Source of the DNA: Patescibacteria group bacterium
Lineage (GTDB): Bacteria > Patescibacteriota > Minisyncoccia > UBA6257 > UBA11618
Direction: 5' to 3'
Assembly: GCA_043822345.1 (NCBI GenBank)
Contig: JBDRBW010000022.1
Span: 1 to 35,338, forward strand
Length of the DNA: 35,338 nt
Below, one piece after another: positions 34,657-35,338 of the stretch. A model generated the notes under the pieces. The model had not been told where the DNA came from. It saw only the letters and a list, made by a program, of their open reading frames with translations, and did not search any database. How positions within the stretch are numbered: the stretch's first letter is position 1; each line of letters starts with the position of its first letter. Position numbers and translations under genes: made by a program.

Positions 34657-34800
34657 CTTTGAATTACGAAATGCCGGTTTCGTCATCTTGAGCGAACCCC
34701 GCACTTGATGCGGGGGAAGTCGAAAGATCTCATAATTATTGCATTACTGAAAGTACTGAGATTCTTCGACAAGCTCAGAATGACGTTTCGTAATTCAAAG
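34657..34800. mobile_element. MITE-like composite, second copy of 17127-17259
   Basis: CTTTGAATTACGAAA / TTTCGTAATTCAAAG arms around a REP doublet, with nested CCCCGCACTTGATGCGGGG at 34697-34715. Confidence 0.75.
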
Positions 34801-34817
34801 TATCCTAGTCAATGCCG

Positions 34818-35231
34818 CTAAAAGCTAACGCCCATATTCTGCAAGGCGCCTTGCAATGCATTAAGCTTGGTTTGATTGCTATTGAGAATATCTACAGCTG
34901 CCTGAAAAGCGCCGGTGCCACCCGTTCCTCCCGTGCCTGTTCCTCCCGTGCCTGTGCCACTACCCGCTTCCTCACAAGTACTTCCATCGCTGAATGTCCA
35001 AGTGCAACCAGCATAGCTGCCTTTTTGACAATAATGAGGATTCGCAAGATTTGGACTTAAACAAACACCTCCGCCAGTACAAGTTCCTGAACTAGTGAAA
35101 TCACCCATACAAGCTTTGGTGCCAGCCAACGCCAACAACCCATCAGACCAGTTTGAATAAACATACCAACTAGCGATTAAAACCACGACCACGACGACTA
35201 CAATGAGCCAAAAGATATTTTTATTTTTCAT
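34818..35231 (-). CDS. Membrane-anchored small Cys-rich protein with Gly/Thr linker
   Basis: MKNKNIFWLIVVVVVVVL TM helix, six Cys and GTGGT repeats. The longer ORF start lies inside a REP. Confidence 0.7.
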   Translation of the reverse strand: MKNKNIFWLIVVVVVVVLIASWYVYSNWSDGLLALAGTKACMGDFTSSGTCTGGGVCLSPNLANPHYCQKGSYAGCTWTFSDGSTCEEAGSGTGTGGTGTGGTGGTGAFQAAVDILNSNQTKLNALQGALQNMGVSF

Positions 35232-35243
35232 ACGCGCATTCGT

Positions 35244-35308
35244 GTCATTCTGAGCCACAGGCGAAGAATCTTTTTTAAGATCCTTCAGGCCTTGCCTTCA
35301 GGATGACG
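35244..35308. repeat. REP-like inverted doublet
   Basis: GTCATTCTGAGCCACAGGCGAAGAATCT ... AGATCCTTCAGG...TCAGGATGACG. Confidence 0.85.
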
Positions 35309-35338
35309 AGATAAGAACGTTTGTTTTTACGTTCTAAT

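Noticed and set aside
1-35338. Alternative genetic code (TGA = Gly)
   Set aside because: ftsK ends at TGA just after its gamma domain, and all conserved genes are full-length under code 11.

Overview
Housekeeping-rich bacterial window, probably from a Patescibacteria/CPR (Parcubacteria-like) genome. That assignment is inferred from gene content, scarce Shine-Dalgarno sites, probable leaderless starts and orphan membrane-anchored proteins; TGA serves as a stop, so code 11. Recognisable genes are clpB, an IscS/NifS cysteine desulfurase, ftsK, recA, folD, glyA, a cls-like PLD, dedA, a nucleotidyltransferase, a P-type ATPase, deoC, an ECF sigma, HU, rny and gpmI, plus hicBA and phd/relE-like TA pairs and five tRNAs (His, Phe, Arg, Pro, Gly). 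The striking feature is the load of small palindromic elements. (1) About 37 hand-counted GTCAT...ATGAC REP-like units occur, many inserted in-frame in core genes (clpB, iscS, ftsK, folD, gpmI, the rodZ-like gene, dedA). One inverted pair encloses a small GIY-YIG nuclease gene, a candidate autonomous REP/GIY-YIG cassette. (2) Four copies of a 150-200 bp multi-stem element show compensatory changes, invariant loops and a possible pseudoknot; one copy is translated inside iscS. (3) 30-39 bp CCTGCCCGC...GGCGGG units are nested inside the other elements. (4) There are heptamer-based hairpins, a 250 bp rod after recA, and a 163 bp tRNA-Arg 3'-duplication element. All coordinates were read by hand and no database searches were run.
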